Below, piece by piece: positions 9,605 through 19,851 of a DNA stretch of 64,000 nucleotides. Source of the stretch: Arenicellales bacterium (GTDB lineage: Bacteria > Pseudomonadota > Gammaproteobacteria > Arenicellales > JAJDZL01); the NCBI GenBank assembly GCA_965200545.1, contig CBDAUJ010000005.1, forward strand, positions 25,585-89,584. The letters run 5' to 3'. Numbering within the stretch: the first letter of the stretch is position 1; every line of letters begins with the position of its first letter. The notes beneath the pieces are model-generated. The model saw only the letters and a list, made by a program, of their open reading frames with translations, was not told the DNA's origin and did not search any database. The position numbers and the translations under genes are program-made.

Positions 9605-10424
9605 TTGAGCATAGAAAAAATCAATCTTTTTGCCAATAAGCATGCGATTGAGGTTGTAAATTTTGTCGTATGCCTGTCTACGCCAATTGACAGCTCAGAC
9701 CTGCGGCGTTTTGCCGAAAGCATGGATAGCCTGAAGAAATGGTTTCCGGCAATCAGCGACCTTGCGACACTGCAGATCGAAATACCCAGCGGCTTGCATA
9801 CAAATTCATTGCCGCCGCCATTGCCAGTCAAAGAAATGGCTTATTTTGCCAGTGATGGCACCCGACAATGGATTGGGGAATTTGGCGTTAACCAAATCAT
9901 GGTCTCCTGTCGGCAATACTCAACTTGGAATCAAATATGGCCCGAAGCGAAAAATCGACTTGATGCCCTTCTGGCATGTATTGACCCCCTACAAGACGGT
10001 GCGTTCCGTCGATTACAGTGTTACTGACACGTTCAATGCAAAAAGGAGCGACGAAGCACTGACAGCGCTGAATCTTTTCAAACCTGTTCCGCTCATTCCA
10101 AAACACCTGCTCGATTACCATGATCCAAGATGGGATATCAGCCAAGGCTGGTTTGAGCAAAGTTCCGAAGGAGACCAGGTTTTAGTCAGATTTGACGCAA
10201 AAAGCGGAATTCATAACGACTCAGTATTGGCAAGCATAAGCAATCTGCATTCAGTGCAATTCAAAATGCCCGCCACTGTAAACGAGGTTGGCGATTCAGA
10301 AAGTCAAACAAATATGGAATCAATTTTCAATCACCTGCATGATAAGAACAAAATAATGATCCGAAAAATTCTTTCTGATGACTTGCTGTCACGGATGCAC
10401 TTGAAGGACGGTGTCAATGTTTGA
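9605..10424 (+). pseudogene. TIGR04255-like protein, frameshifted in a short C run near 9985-9988
   Basis: ORFs 9572-10027 and 9762-10424 join: HAIEVVNF...I.V.C..YSTW..IW / VRSVDYSVTDTF...F..LH..NK..I..IL...L..R, a pattern I associate with TIGR04255. Start uncertain. Confidence 0.65.
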
Positions 10425-10980
10425 GGGAACAACTGAATTCGTCTCGAATTATGGCAATATTGCGAAACACAGGTTTCCACTAATCGGTGAGCAATCAACA
10501 CCGTCCACAGCACTTCTGCCATTCAACGGCAGATATCAGAGCAATGAATTTGCGGATGAAACTGTCAGAAACAAACTAGCTGCTGACCCCACTTCGCATC
10601 GCTTGCGAGACAAAGTGCGAGAAGCGTTTCAATACGCCAGCCACACTTATACCGGCTTGGATAAAACTCAACTTCAGCACGCATACGCGGAGGCGCTTCG
10701 GCTCGCAGACAGTGGAATTTTTGAGGCAGAAATAACACCTGATATCTGCATTGATGTATACGGCGAGTTCATTTTCAGCCATAAGTCAGAGGCCGGTTAC
10801 ATTGATATTGGAGTCAGAGGAGAATATCAACTGTCCTATCACGTCAGGAATGATATAGAGCCTGAGAAAACGGCGTATGCCGACCTGGATTGGACGAGTG
10901 GCGGGATCCCGGAAGAATTGTATGCTGCACTGGCTGCATTAAGAAAAAATCTTGTATCAAGTGACAATCAGGTTGTGTAG
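10417..10980 (+). CDS. Hypothetical protein (candidate antitoxin/partner)
   Basis: ~187 aa; ATG overlaps the upstream gene end; low-structure N-terminus, C-terminal PDICIDVYGEFIFSH....YIDIGV.G...LSY. Confidence 0.7.
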   Translation: MFEGTTEFVSNYGNIAKHRFPLIGEQSTPSTALLPFNGRYQSNEFADETVRNKLAADPTSHRLRDKVREAFQYASHTYTGLDKTQLQHAYAEALRLADSGIFEAEITPDICIDVYGEFIFSHKSEAGYIDIGVRGEYQLSYHVRNDIEPEKTAYADLDWTSGGIPEELYAALAALRKNLVSSDNQVV

Positions 10981-11437
10981 CGTTAGCGATAGCGAGACAG
11001 TTGCGAGGCTTTTGTTTTTCCCGCAGATGGTCGTAGATGGAATGCTGATACCAGCAGCATTTCCAATGCAGGAGCTGCCACGCGAGAAAGGAAAAGATGA
11101 ATGTTCTGTTGATCGTTGCGATCTTTTATCAGATAGAAATAAGCTGCTGAAAGACAAAGCCTTTGAGATTGCAAACCCGTCTGGAAATCGTGAACCATTC
11201 GGTTATTCCGTTGGGAAAGCGGTCGATATCAGAAGCATCAAGTCAGATGTTATTTCCGCTCAGGCATTCGAAATTCAACCTGCCCCGATCACTGGGACCA
11301 GTGAAAACTCGAAGCCTTGGGATATGGCTCACGCACTGATTCGCAAATTTGATAGCAACTCCACTAGGAGCCGCCTTCGCGGCTCACGCGACAAGCTTAC
11401 GAATCTATTCTCTGTCTCAATCATGCGATTTGAATGA
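10961..11437 (+). CDS. Hypothetical protein with an R...S...H pattern; candidate ART-fold toxin
   Basis: ETVARL...PAAFP...CSVDR...AHALI; overlaps the upstream gene. The fold assignment is inference; start could be 10952 or 10961. Confidence 0.6.
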   Translation: MTIRLCSVSDSETVARLLFFPQMVVDGMLIPAAFPMQELPREKGKDECSVDRCDLLSDRNKLLKDKAFEIANPSGNREPFGYSVGKAVDIRSIKSDVISAQAFEIQPAPITGTSENSKPWDMAHALIRKFDSNSTRSRLRGSRDKLTNLFSVSIMRFE

Positions 11438-12078
11438 GCTTTGGCGAATCCGTGCTGATCGGTGACTATGTGCTGTATGGTGTCAGCAAACCAGCTCATA
11501 TAGTACTGTAATCGCCGTAAGCTTTTGAGTTGAAAAGCCGCCGCACTGCGAGCGGCCAAGACACTGCTTACGCCAGCAAACGAGCAATAAACCGTCCGTC
11601 TTGTTCGATGAAGCCGAGCTCTGAGCCATTTTTCTCTCTCATGCCCTTGATGAGGATGGCAGCCTCAGTGGATTCTTGACTTCTTGAAACTGAACAGCAA
11701 CCCGGCGCAAGGCCTGCCAGTTAAACATCGACACCGAACAGTCATCAGACTTCCTATGCAATATTTCATGGCAAATTCATATCAATAATATCCTTCATTC
11801 CAGAACTTCACCTTGGCAATGCGTGTGGTATATTTCGACTTGACTGAGCCACTTGTCCAGTGACGGCTGCTTTCAGTCGACGATGACAATAAGGCAATTC
11901 GAAAAGATTAAACAATTGATTCCTAAGCAAATCTTCATTCGGAACATCTGGTCCTCCGGCAGCCTTGACAGAATACAAGGCGCAGCGGCCTTTTCTTTTT
12001 GAGCACGGCGGGCTGTATCGACGACTCGAACAGAGCGCAACAGATTTTGAGATTGAATTTTTGAAAGAAGCCAGCATC

Positions 12079-13311
12079 ATGCTAAAAGCGGATTTATTGG
12101 AAATCATTGCCAATGGCGAAGGCTCTGCTGTTGAATTCAAACGTGATGACTGTCGGCCCGAGCAGTTAGCCAAGGAGATTGTTGCCATGGCAAGCCATCT
12201 TGAAGGCTTGATTCTGCTGGGTGTGGAAGATGATGGCAAAATCAGCGGAATTCACAAAGAAAAGCTCGAGGAATGGTCATAGATGCAGTGGTTTCGCGCA
12301 AAGTTCATCCGCAGCTTCTGCCCTCCTATCAAGAATTGGCAGTGGATCAGGACAAGCGCATTGCAATACTCTCGCTTACGCAAGGGATATCCAAACCCTA
12401 TGTGTTACGACACAACAGTCGGGAAAATATTTACGTACGGGTTGGCGGCGCTGCGAGATTGGCCTCAAGAGAGCAGCAAGCTCGATTGTTTGAATCAGGC
12501 GGAATACTTCATACTGAAACGCTTCCGGTCTCAGGCACATCATTTGAGTCCTTGGATTTGGAGAGAATCAAAGATTACCTGAACAACATTCTGCGAGACC
12601 CAGAAATTCCATCTTCTGACCAACAATGGATACGTCGCCTTTTGGATCTCGGGCTCCTCACCGATAGTGCATTAGAATCGGCAGTTTGCTCAATTGCCGG
12701 CTTGCTCGTGTTTGGACATAAACCAAGGAGATACCTCAAGCAGGCATCAGGCTGATGGCATTCGATGGATTGGAAAAAGATTGCCAGTCAAGACTGGAAG
12801 AAGTGCTTGGCGTACCGCTGGTCGGCCGCTGGCACACAGACCAGAACGGCGAGCGAATACGAGTCTCAAACGGTACAGTTGAGGACGCTATTCAGATTCT
12901 GAAACCGTTTATTACCGAAGAGGACAAAGAGATTGATCAGAGCATGCGCAGAAAAAGAACTTGGCACTATCCGATAGAAGCCGTTCGAGAAATGATTGTG
13001 AATGCAATTGTCCATCGTGCTGGACTCGGTTTATTGATATTGAGATTACCTGCTATGCAAATCGAATTGAGATCGTCAGCCCCGGAGCCATGCAAAATTC
13101 AATGACAGAAGAGAAAATGAAAGCAGGCCAGAGATTGCCGCGTAATATTCTTCTTGTCGACATCTTGAAAGGCTATGGGTATGCTGATGCCCGAGGCATG
13201 GGAGTACGGACAAAAGTTGTGCCGCTCATGCAGCGCATGAACGGCAGCGAACCCGAATTTGAATCCACAGACGACTATCTGAAAACTGTTCTTTATCGAA
13301 AAGTCGAGTAG
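12079..13311 (+). pseudogene. Schlafen/AlbA_2 plus HATPase_c_4-type ('RecG-like') gene in four frameshifted pieces
   Basis: GEGSAVEFKRD, GLILLGVEDDG, YP.EAVREMIVNAIVHR, RIEIVSPG and RGMGV spread across ORFs at 11965, 12273, 12755 and 12961. Confidence 0.85.
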
Positions 13312-13459
13312 CGTTTTTGCTGGTTCAAACCGCGCATCGGACTCACGCTTGTACATGAGTCTGCCGCTTCTTTTGCGGTCAAAATACTCTGATCTGGCAA
13401 CAGGGGATTTGGATTGCCCTCCCATGACGATATATTCGCAACCACGCCTTGTCAAATCG

Positions 13460-13535
13460 TGGTGGGCCGTGCAGGAATCGAACCTGCGACAACCTGATTA
13501 AAAGTCAGATGCTCTACCTACTGAGCTAACGGCCC
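13460..13535 (-). tRNA. tRNA-Lys(UUU)
   Basis: gggccgttagctcagtaggtagagcatctgacTTTtaatcaggttgtcgcaggttcgattcctgcacggcccacca; cloverleaf with encoded CCA. Confidence 0.97.
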
Positions 13536-13877
13536 GCTGGACACTGGCAATCAGCAAAAAGACGAAAGACAGCAAGTACATCGCCGTCGATGCTGATCGA
13601 ATGCCAGGTTGGGGGAGGAGACGCAATGGATTTGAAATGCGCCATGACTTGCCCCTCAAGATACTCAGATTATAGCAAAGACCAACAACCTGATCGCTCA
13701 GCAAAGAGGCGGAAATTGCTTAGACGCTGTCCACTGTCAAAGATGCGAATTAAACCAGGCGAGATGAACAAAACACCCCAAACGCAGCAGACGAAGTAAT
13801 AAAATACCGGCTTTCGCTTGTGTTCACTCAGGACACATCGTCCAACTTTTTGCACGAAATAACCCATACAGACAAAT

Positions 13878-14417
13878 ATGACTGATACTCAGTTTGCAAA
13901 AGCATTTTTTCAGATGATCATCTACCTCGTTGTCCTGGCGATCGTGCTGATGATAACGGGTGCATTCATTGGCGGCTCACTTGACGAAAAGCTTGAGACG
14001 CAGCGCGAAGAGTTCACGCAGCGTGTCATCGCGCAGCGGACTCAGCCAGTCGGAACACTCAATGTCGGCGCAATACCAGCCGCAGAACAGCCGGCATCGC
14101 CCATGATGACTGCAGAGCCGACCTCATCGGCCGAATCTGAACCGCTTCAAGTGGCCAGTGCCGACCACCCAGGCGCCGGTGTTTATAACTCCGGCTGTCA
14201 GATTTGTCATAACACCGGCGTAACCGGTGCGCCAAAACCCGGCGATGTCGATAATTGGGCGCCGCGCATCGCAAGAGGCATCGATACCCTATACAGCAAC
14301 GCCATCAACGGCTATCAGGGAGAGAGCGGAGTCATGCCGCCAAAAGGCGGACTTGTTACGCTTTCAGATGAAGATGTCAAAGCGGCAGTTGACTACATGG
14401 TCAGCACTGTTCAGTAA
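13878..14417 (+). CDS. Membrane-anchored cytochrome c5
   Basis: N-terminal TM helix, CQICH, GAPK.GD...W..R and MPPKGG. Confidence 0.92.
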   Translation: MTDTQFAKAFFQMIIYLVVLAIVLMITGAFIGGSLDEKLETQREEFTQRVIAQRTQPVGTLNVGAIPAAEQPASPMMTAEPTSSAESEPLQVASADHPGAGVYNSGCQICHNTGVTGAPKPGDVDNWAPRIARGIDTLYSNAINGYQGESGVMPPKGGLVTLSDEDVKAAVDYMVSTVQ

Positions 14418-14434
14418 TCACTGACATCACAATT

Positions 14435-14458
14435 GCGATGGGCGCGCCTGCCCATCGC
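14435..14458. terminator. Hairpin between the convergent cyt c5 and ubiK genes
   Basis: 9-bp stem gcgatgggc / gcccatcgc. Confidence 0.55.
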
Positions 14459-14464
14459 CAAGAT

Positions 14465-14734
14465 TCAGGAGCTTGACCGCTCTTTTCGCTCTTTTTCGAG
14501 CTGTTCGATCTGCTTTTCGAGTTCCTGGATTTGCTGGCGCGCGCGTCGCAGTGCAATTTCTTGAACTTCCATTTCCTGCCGCGTCACCAAATCCAAATTC
14601 TCAAGAGCTGCGCGGACTGAGCGAAGCGCATTGTCTCGAACGGACTCAGACACCCCCGAAGGTAGCAAAGAGGCGATTAGCCCGAGTATATGCTCAACGG
14701 GTGTCAGTGTGCTTGATTGTGAATTGGCAGACAT
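14465..14734 (-). CDS. ubiK: Ubiquinone biosynthesis accessory factor UbiK (BMFP family)
   Basis: LDLVTRQEMEVQ..AL.RAR followed by a coiled coil. Confidence 0.8.
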   Translation of the reverse strand: MSANSQSSTLTPVEHILGLIASLLPSGVSESVRDNALRSVRAALENLDLVTRQEMEVQEIALRRARQQIQELEKQIEQLEKERKERSSS

Positions 14735-14839
14735 TTTTTGCTACTGGCCGATTGCGGACAGGCCATACCCTTGCAGGCTGCCATCAGTGCATAGGCTGAA
14801 TAGAACTTTCACCTGCGTGACGGAAATATTGCGGCTGGC

Positions 14840-16177
14840 TCAGAATATCCTGCGATAGGCAATCGTCGCATCCGCCCGCAATGCGTCCAGCCATTTTGTC
14901 TGCTCGATGCGAACTTTATTCTCACGCAAAATATCGCGAATCGCAGCATGGATTCGCTCCGTCGTTCCCGCCTCGCGCACATCCCGAAATTGCAGAATAA
15001 ATACGCTGAAGCCGATTTGCTGCACTGTTGAAACTTCACCCACTTGCATTTCCGAGAGCAGCTGGCGGTATTCAAACGCCAGATTATCTTCCGGCACCCA
15101 GCCCATATCGCCGCCCTTTTGCTTTGTCTCGATATCTTGGGAATGCAATTTGGCCAGCGCCCCGAAATCGCCGCCTTGGGTGATATTGGTACGGATTTCA
15201 TTGAGCTCTTCAATCAGTGCGGCAGCGCCCGCCTCAGTTGTCGCATGCAATACGATACGCGCCAGCGAATACTCGAGCAGTGTCGGCAGACTGAGTCCGG
15301 TCCCCCGAGTACGCCGGCCCTTCGAAATCGCATAGATCGTATCACTTCCAATCAATATCGGACCGACAAACTGATTGTCCTCAGTGCTCGCAATGGCATT
15401 GATCACCGCAGGCTGAATCGCTTCTCTCGAAACCCAGCCGATGGCACCTGCGTCAATGCCGTCATATTGGGCATAGGCATTCGCCACAGTGAAAAAATCC
15501 CGGCCGGCGCGCAGCTCGCGTCGGATTTCGCCAATCGATTGGCGCAGCAGCTGCAAATATTCCGCATCGGCGCCGAGCGGAGTTGAAACGACAATCAACT
15601 CCAGATCAAACTCCTCCACCGCCGTCATAAACTGGTCTCGGTTCGCTTGTCGGAACCGCTCGATTTCCTCTTCACTGATGCGCACGCGCGGAATGATGAC
15701 TCGCTGAACAATGCGTTCCGCCAATAGATTCTGCCCGATCGTCGCGTAGACATCGTTTCTGCTCAAGCCCACGGTTTCGAACTGCTCAAGGAAAGCCTCC
15801 GGATCAAGCTGCGCCTGCGCACTCAGCTCAGCGATGCGCTGCTCCACTTCGCTGGCTGACACCAGAATGCCGTTGCTGGACGCAAACTGCCGCTGCAAGG
15901 AGAAGTTGATAGCATTTTCAGTTGCCATTCTTCGCACTGCGTCACCGGCCGGGACTGCCGAATTGTTCTGTCGCGCATCGTGTTGCAGGATGCGGATGTT
16001 GCGCTGGATGGTGGTTTCCGTAACCGCCTCGCCATTGACGACCACCACAATCTGATCCAATGCATCAGTCTGTCCGAATGCGTTCCCAGCAAGTGCCAGC
16101 GCCGCGAACGACAGCACTGAAGCCATCGCCAGCTTAAACACCATGCTTCCAATCTGTTGCGACAGTCTATTTTTCAT
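14840..16177 (-). CDS. surA: Periplasmic chaperone/PPIase SurA
   Basis: Signal peptide, DQIVVVVNGE, parvulin motif F..LAK.HSQD....KGGDMGW; downstream of lptD. Confidence 0.88.
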   Translation of the reverse strand: MKNRLSQQIGSMVFKLAMASVLSFAALALAGNAFGQTDALDQIVVVVNGEAVTETTIQRNIRILQHDARQNNSAVPAGDAVRRMATENAINFSLQRQFASSNGILVSASEVEQRIAELSAQAQLDPEAFLEQFETVGLSRNDVYATIGQNLLAERIVQRVIIPRVRISEEEIERFRQANRDQFMTAVEEFDLELIVVSTPLGADAEYLQLLRQSIGEIRRELRAGRDFFTVANAYAQYDGIDAGAIGWVSREAIQPAVINAIASTEDNQFVGPILIGSDTIYAISKGRRTRGTGLSLPTLLEYSLARIVLHATTEAGAAALIEELNEIRTNITQGGDFGALAKLHSQDIETKQKGGDMGWVPEDNLAFEYRQLLSEMQVGEVSTVQQIGFSVFILQFRDVREAGTTERIHAAIRDILRENKVRIEQTKWLDALRADATIAYRRIF

Positions 16178-16346
16178 TGATTTGCTGATGTAAAGATCAT
16201 GACCAGCCGTGACGGCCAAGCAGACTCGTCACGGATGTACAAAGCGGGACCTCAAAAATCTCACGCAAAGCTGCACTCATTATCGGCGAGTATCACAAAC
16301 TGATTTTTCTCAAGATGAATCATGCCGATCAATGCCCGCAGCGATG

Positions 16347-18734
16347 CTAGTTCACACCAAACCCTTCCACACGAAAAGTCAACCGAAATGACGTATCGCG
16401 TTTTTTGTTCTCAGGTTTCTCTTGGGCAATCTCAATGCCCATGGACCAGCAACATGAGATGTGCTCGAAATAGACACCGGACTCAAGCGACCGGTTTCGC
16501 TCCAGCGACCCGACGTGAAAGGCCGCCATTCTCCACTGTGTTTTCAAAAAGGTATTGATTGAGATGCCCGCCTGCTCATCATCATCTCTGAGGAATCGAT
16601 AAAGGCCTTTGACTTCAGTCAGCGGACCCACTCGCTGCGTGTAGCTGGCGTAGGTCTGCTCGATATCGTCGCCCAGGTCATCATCGTATACGATGCCTAG
16701 TCGACCTTCACGCACTGAATCCGCAAGAGTGATGCCAAATACAACATCCGATCGATCACGATTCCGGGTGACTTTGTTTTTCTTCTTATTCTCCTTATTC
16801 TCTTTCTTCGGATCCGGGTTTTTTACCTCTACTTCCTCGCAATCGTTTATGAAAAACTGCTCTACGACCTCCGTCTTTCTGTTCATGCCCAGACAGCTCG
16901 GGGTCTTGTGGTTCGAATAGTACACCCGTCCAATGCCGATTCTGCGAACCAGGTCAGGATTGTTAAAGTCGTCAAAACTCACAGAGACACCGACGCTCGT
17001 CTTGTCGGTATCGCGCAGCCGATCACCGCCCAAGTACGATGTTGTTCGAAAAATATCGGCATAGTTCTCAAAATTGGCAGCGGCCGTGTCAAAGATCGGC
17101 AATTCTGCTTGATCAATACGCTTGGTTCTCGACACCTGCACTCGCGGCTCAATCGTCCAGCGGCTGTCACTGTCGGTATAGTGATCGAAAAAAAGCCGAG
17201 CATCTGCGACCGAGTAGGTATTCGATATTTTCGGCTTCTTTGGCTCTTTTTGCATTGGGGGATCATCCATCGCATTTTTCATCGTCTTTGACAGATTGTA
17301 GCGCAAGGCTTCCGAGCCGGCTGTCACACTGAACTCGCCTGCCTGAGCTTCGTAGCGGTATTCCAAATACACATCCGACTTGGTTCTTGAGCCCTCGCGT
17401 TGATAGGCCCCGGAGCGCATCTTATGCATGCCTCCCTTATCTCTGCCGCGCAATTTTTTCGCATGCTTGAACTTCTCAGATCTGAATTTCAAGCCGGCCC
17501 GCAAATTTGAAACCAAAGGCAGACTGACATCCAGCCGGATCCAAGGAGTGCGATTCCAGATGCGCTCCTCTTCTTTCACATCAGGCGAGGAGATCACAAA
17601 CTTTTGCGCCCCCACCTGCGCTTTGTAATAGTTCCCCACCGCACTGAAGGCAACATTCTGCTCCAGATACTTGTCGTCAGCATCCAGGAACAGCCGATCA
17701 TAATCCCCCAGATAGTGCTTGTCAGAAACCCATCTTGAATCGATTTGCGAATAAAAGCGTGTGCCGTCATGCCATTCGCTCTCAAAAAAGGCGCCGTATC
17801 GATCATCAAGATGCTTTCGATTCTTGCCGCGCTCATCAAAAAGGTATTCACTTTGCAGCGTGGTCGTGGAGTGCTGGCCCAGATACCGCAGCTCCGAATC
17901 AACCATGACCCCGCGGCGGCCGTAGGCATTGAATCCCACCGTGGCATCGTAGTTGGGCGCGAGATTGAAATAATACGGAATTTCAGTGATTGATCCATAC
18001 TTGCTCGTATAGCCGATAACCGGGAATAGAAAACCGCTGCGTCTCTCATCGCCGATCGGAAATAGGAATGTTGGCAGGACCAAAACATTATGCCCTCTGA
18101 CCTCAACTGCGGCGCGCTGCGCCTTGCCTTGCCGGGTGCGCAGATTCAGCTCGATATTGCGCGCCGCAATCTGAACATCGCGCGCATCAGACTCGCAGTT
18201 CGAAAATGACGATTCACGCAGATACACCACCTGCTGCGCAAACTCAAGCTCCTCGGAACTGCCCTGACCAATCAGCTCGCGCTGCATCATCAGCTCGAGT
18301 GAATCCGAAAAGTAGACAAAATACTTGCTCTCTTCGGCAAACACCGTTTCCGCTTGGGTATCAATCCTGATCGTCTGCGCCTGTACCTCAATTGCACCTG
18401 TGAACACGATTGCATTGCCATCGTCATCGCTGAAGATCTCATAGATGCCCGTGCCAAGGTCGTAGTTGACGCGATCGGCAGTCATAATTCGCGCGGCATC
18501 GCGGACCACTACACTGCCGCGCATATAGAACTTGTCGCCGATTCTTTGCACAATGTCCGCCGACACCTCAATTTCGTCACCTTCGGCCAGCATGATCGGC
18601 TCAAGCGTATTCAGGATTTCCGGCGGGATTCGCGCGGGAGCTATGCATTGCTCCGGCATGGTTGCCTGCACAGGGCGCGCCAGCCCGCAAAGCAGTACCA
18701 AAACCGCAGGTATAATGCATCTTCTCAATTCCAT
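16347..18734 (-). CDS. lptD: LPS assembly outer-membrane protein LptD
   Basis: RRSGFLFP, PYYFNLAPNYDAT, SD..YL.D, GGDR..D and CCW; probable start MELRRC at 18734 with a signal peptide. Confidence 0.93.
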   Translation of the reverse strand: MELRRCIIPAVLVLLCGLARPVQATMPEQCIAPARIPPEILNTLEPIMLAEGDEIEVSADIVQRIGDKFYMRGSVVVRDAARIMTADRVNYDLGTGIYEIFSDDDGNAIVFTGAIEVQAQTIRIDTQAETVFAEESKYFVYFSDSLELMMQRELIGQGSSEELEFAQQVVYLRESSFSNCESDARDVQIAARNIELNLRTRQGKAQRAAVEVRGHNVLVLPTFLFPIGDERRSGFLFPVIGYTSKYGSITEIPYYFNLAPNYDATVGFNAYGRRGVMVDSELRYLGQHSTTTLQSEYLFDERGKNRKHLDDRYGAFFESEWHDGTRFYSQIDSRWVSDKHYLGDYDRLFLDADDKYLEQNVAFSAVGNYYKAQVGAQKFVISSPDVKEEERIWNRTPWIRLDVSLPLVSNLRAGLKFRSEKFKHAKKLRGRDKGGMHKMRSGAYQREGSRTKSDVYLEYRYEAQAGEFSVTAGSEALRYNLSKTMKNAMDDPPMQKEPKKPKISNTYSVADARLFFDHYTDSDSRWTIEPRVQVSRTKRIDQAELPIFDTAAANFENYADIFRTTSYLGGDRLRDTDKTSVGVSVSFDDFNNPDLVRRIGIGRVYYSNHKTPSCLGMNRKTEVVEQFFINDCEEVEVKNPDPKKENKENKKKNKVTRNRDRSDVVFGITLADSVREGRLGIVYDDDLGDDIEQTYASYTQRVGPLTEVKGLYRFLRDDDEQAGISINTFLKTQWRMAAFHVGSLERNRSLESGVYFEHISCCWSMGIEIAQEKPENKKRDTSFRLTFRVEGFGVN

Positions 18735-18827
18735 TTTCACAATCGATTTTCTTCGGTTAATCCTGATCCGGCGCACCAAACGCCGAAGCCATAATTCTGC
18801 CATGAAAATAAAGTCTGAAAGTATATC

Positions 18828-19844
18828 ATGATGGCCGATTGCAACTTCAAAGGCATCACCGCTTCCGATGACCGCGCCAATCAACTGGTCACCTGGCTGA
18901 CCGACACCCTCGGCAGCAGCATTCTTTCCCTTCAGTTCGCGTCCGAGGATGCCAGTTTCCGGCGTTATTTCAGGGCCATGGAACCCGGCCGCACGTTCAT
19001 TGTGATGGATGCGCCGCCAGACAAGATGAGCACCGAGCCATTCATTCGCATCGCGCGGAAATTCCGCGACCTGGGCATCAATACGCCGGAAATTGATCAC
19101 TTCGATGCGCAACAGGGATTCGTGATGATGACTGATTTCGGCAGTCAAACTTATTTTGATGCGCTCAATCCAGCCAATGCCGACACCCTGTATGCTGCCG
19201 CCTTGGATACCTTGGTTCAGCTTCAGGCAGCACCGGCGGCGCAGCTTGACGGCCTGCCGCTTTACGACACGCAGCTGCTGCGCAGCGAGATGGAATTGTT
19301 CCCTGACTGGTATTTGCCGCACCAGCTTGATACCGCCGAGATAACAGACCTCGACGCGACGCTGAATGCCATTTTTGACCAGCTGATCGCCAGTGCCCTC
19401 GAGCAGCCGCAAGTCTGTGTGCATCTGGATTACCACTCGCGAAATCTGATGCATTTGCCCGGTCAGCCCCCGGGTGTAATCGATTTTCAAGATGCAAGGA
19501 TCGGGCCTTTGACCTATGATCTGGTTTCACTGCTGCGCGACTGCTACATTGTCTGGCCGCGTGAAAAAGTCGCAGACTGGATTGCCCAGTATCTGCAAAA
19601 AGCCAAGCATGCGACAGCAATCGCCCTGCCCGACCGGCATCAGCTGATGCAGTGGTTTGACTGGATGGGCTTGCAAAGACACATCAAAGTCGCCGGCATC
19701 TTCACGCGGCTCCATGATCGCGACCAGAAGGCTCGCTATCTGCGCGATATCCCGACGGTGCTCAACTACATCGAGACGGTCAGTCGCCAGTACCGGGAAC
19801 TGAAACCGTTGCACGATCTCATCGTCAGGATAATCAGCCGCTGA
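18828..19844 (+). CDS. amgK: Anomeric MurNAc/GlcNAc kinase AmgK (APH family)
   Basis: DASFRRYFR, MDAPP, HLDYHSRNL and IDFQDA; divergent from lptD and followed by murU. Confidence 0.9.
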   Translation: MMADCNFKGITASDDRANQLVTWLTDTLGSSILSLQFASEDASFRRYFRAMEPGRTFIVMDAPPDKMSTEPFIRIARKFRDLGINTPEIDHFDAQQGFVMMTDFGSQTYFDALNPANADTLYAAALDTLVQLQAAPAAQLDGLPLYDTQLLRSEMELFPDWYLPHQLDTAEITDLDATLNAIFDQLIASALEQPQVCVHLDYHSRNLMHLPGQPPGVIDFQDARIGPLTYDLVSLLRDCYIVWPREKVADWIAQYLQKAKHATAIALPDRHQLMQWFDWMGLQRHIKVAGIFTRLHDRDQKARYLRDIPTVLNYIETVSRQYRELKPLHDLIVRIISR

Positions 19845-19851
19845 CGAGACT

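Larger units (their letters stand above)
1..13459. mobile_element. Decaying accessory/genomic island at the 3' end of tRNA-Lys (left boundary outside the window)
   Basis: Visibly AT-richer than the core genes; two IS elements, several frameshifted genes and conflict-system-like ORFs; ends at the tRNA CCA end. No integrase or second att copy seen in the window. Confidence 0.7.

Noticed and set aside
9980-9995. Programmed frameshift in the TIGR04255-like gene
   Set aside because: There is only a short C run with no slippery heptamer or obvious stimulator; mutation or sequencing error is simpler.
1-13459. Prophage or integrase-bearing ICE
   Set aside because: No integrase, structural or conjugation genes, and no duplicated tRNA 3' end within the window.
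18735-19490. N-terminal extension making LptD 1047 aa
   Set aside because: It is the antisense shadow of amgK; a signal-peptide start exists at 18734.
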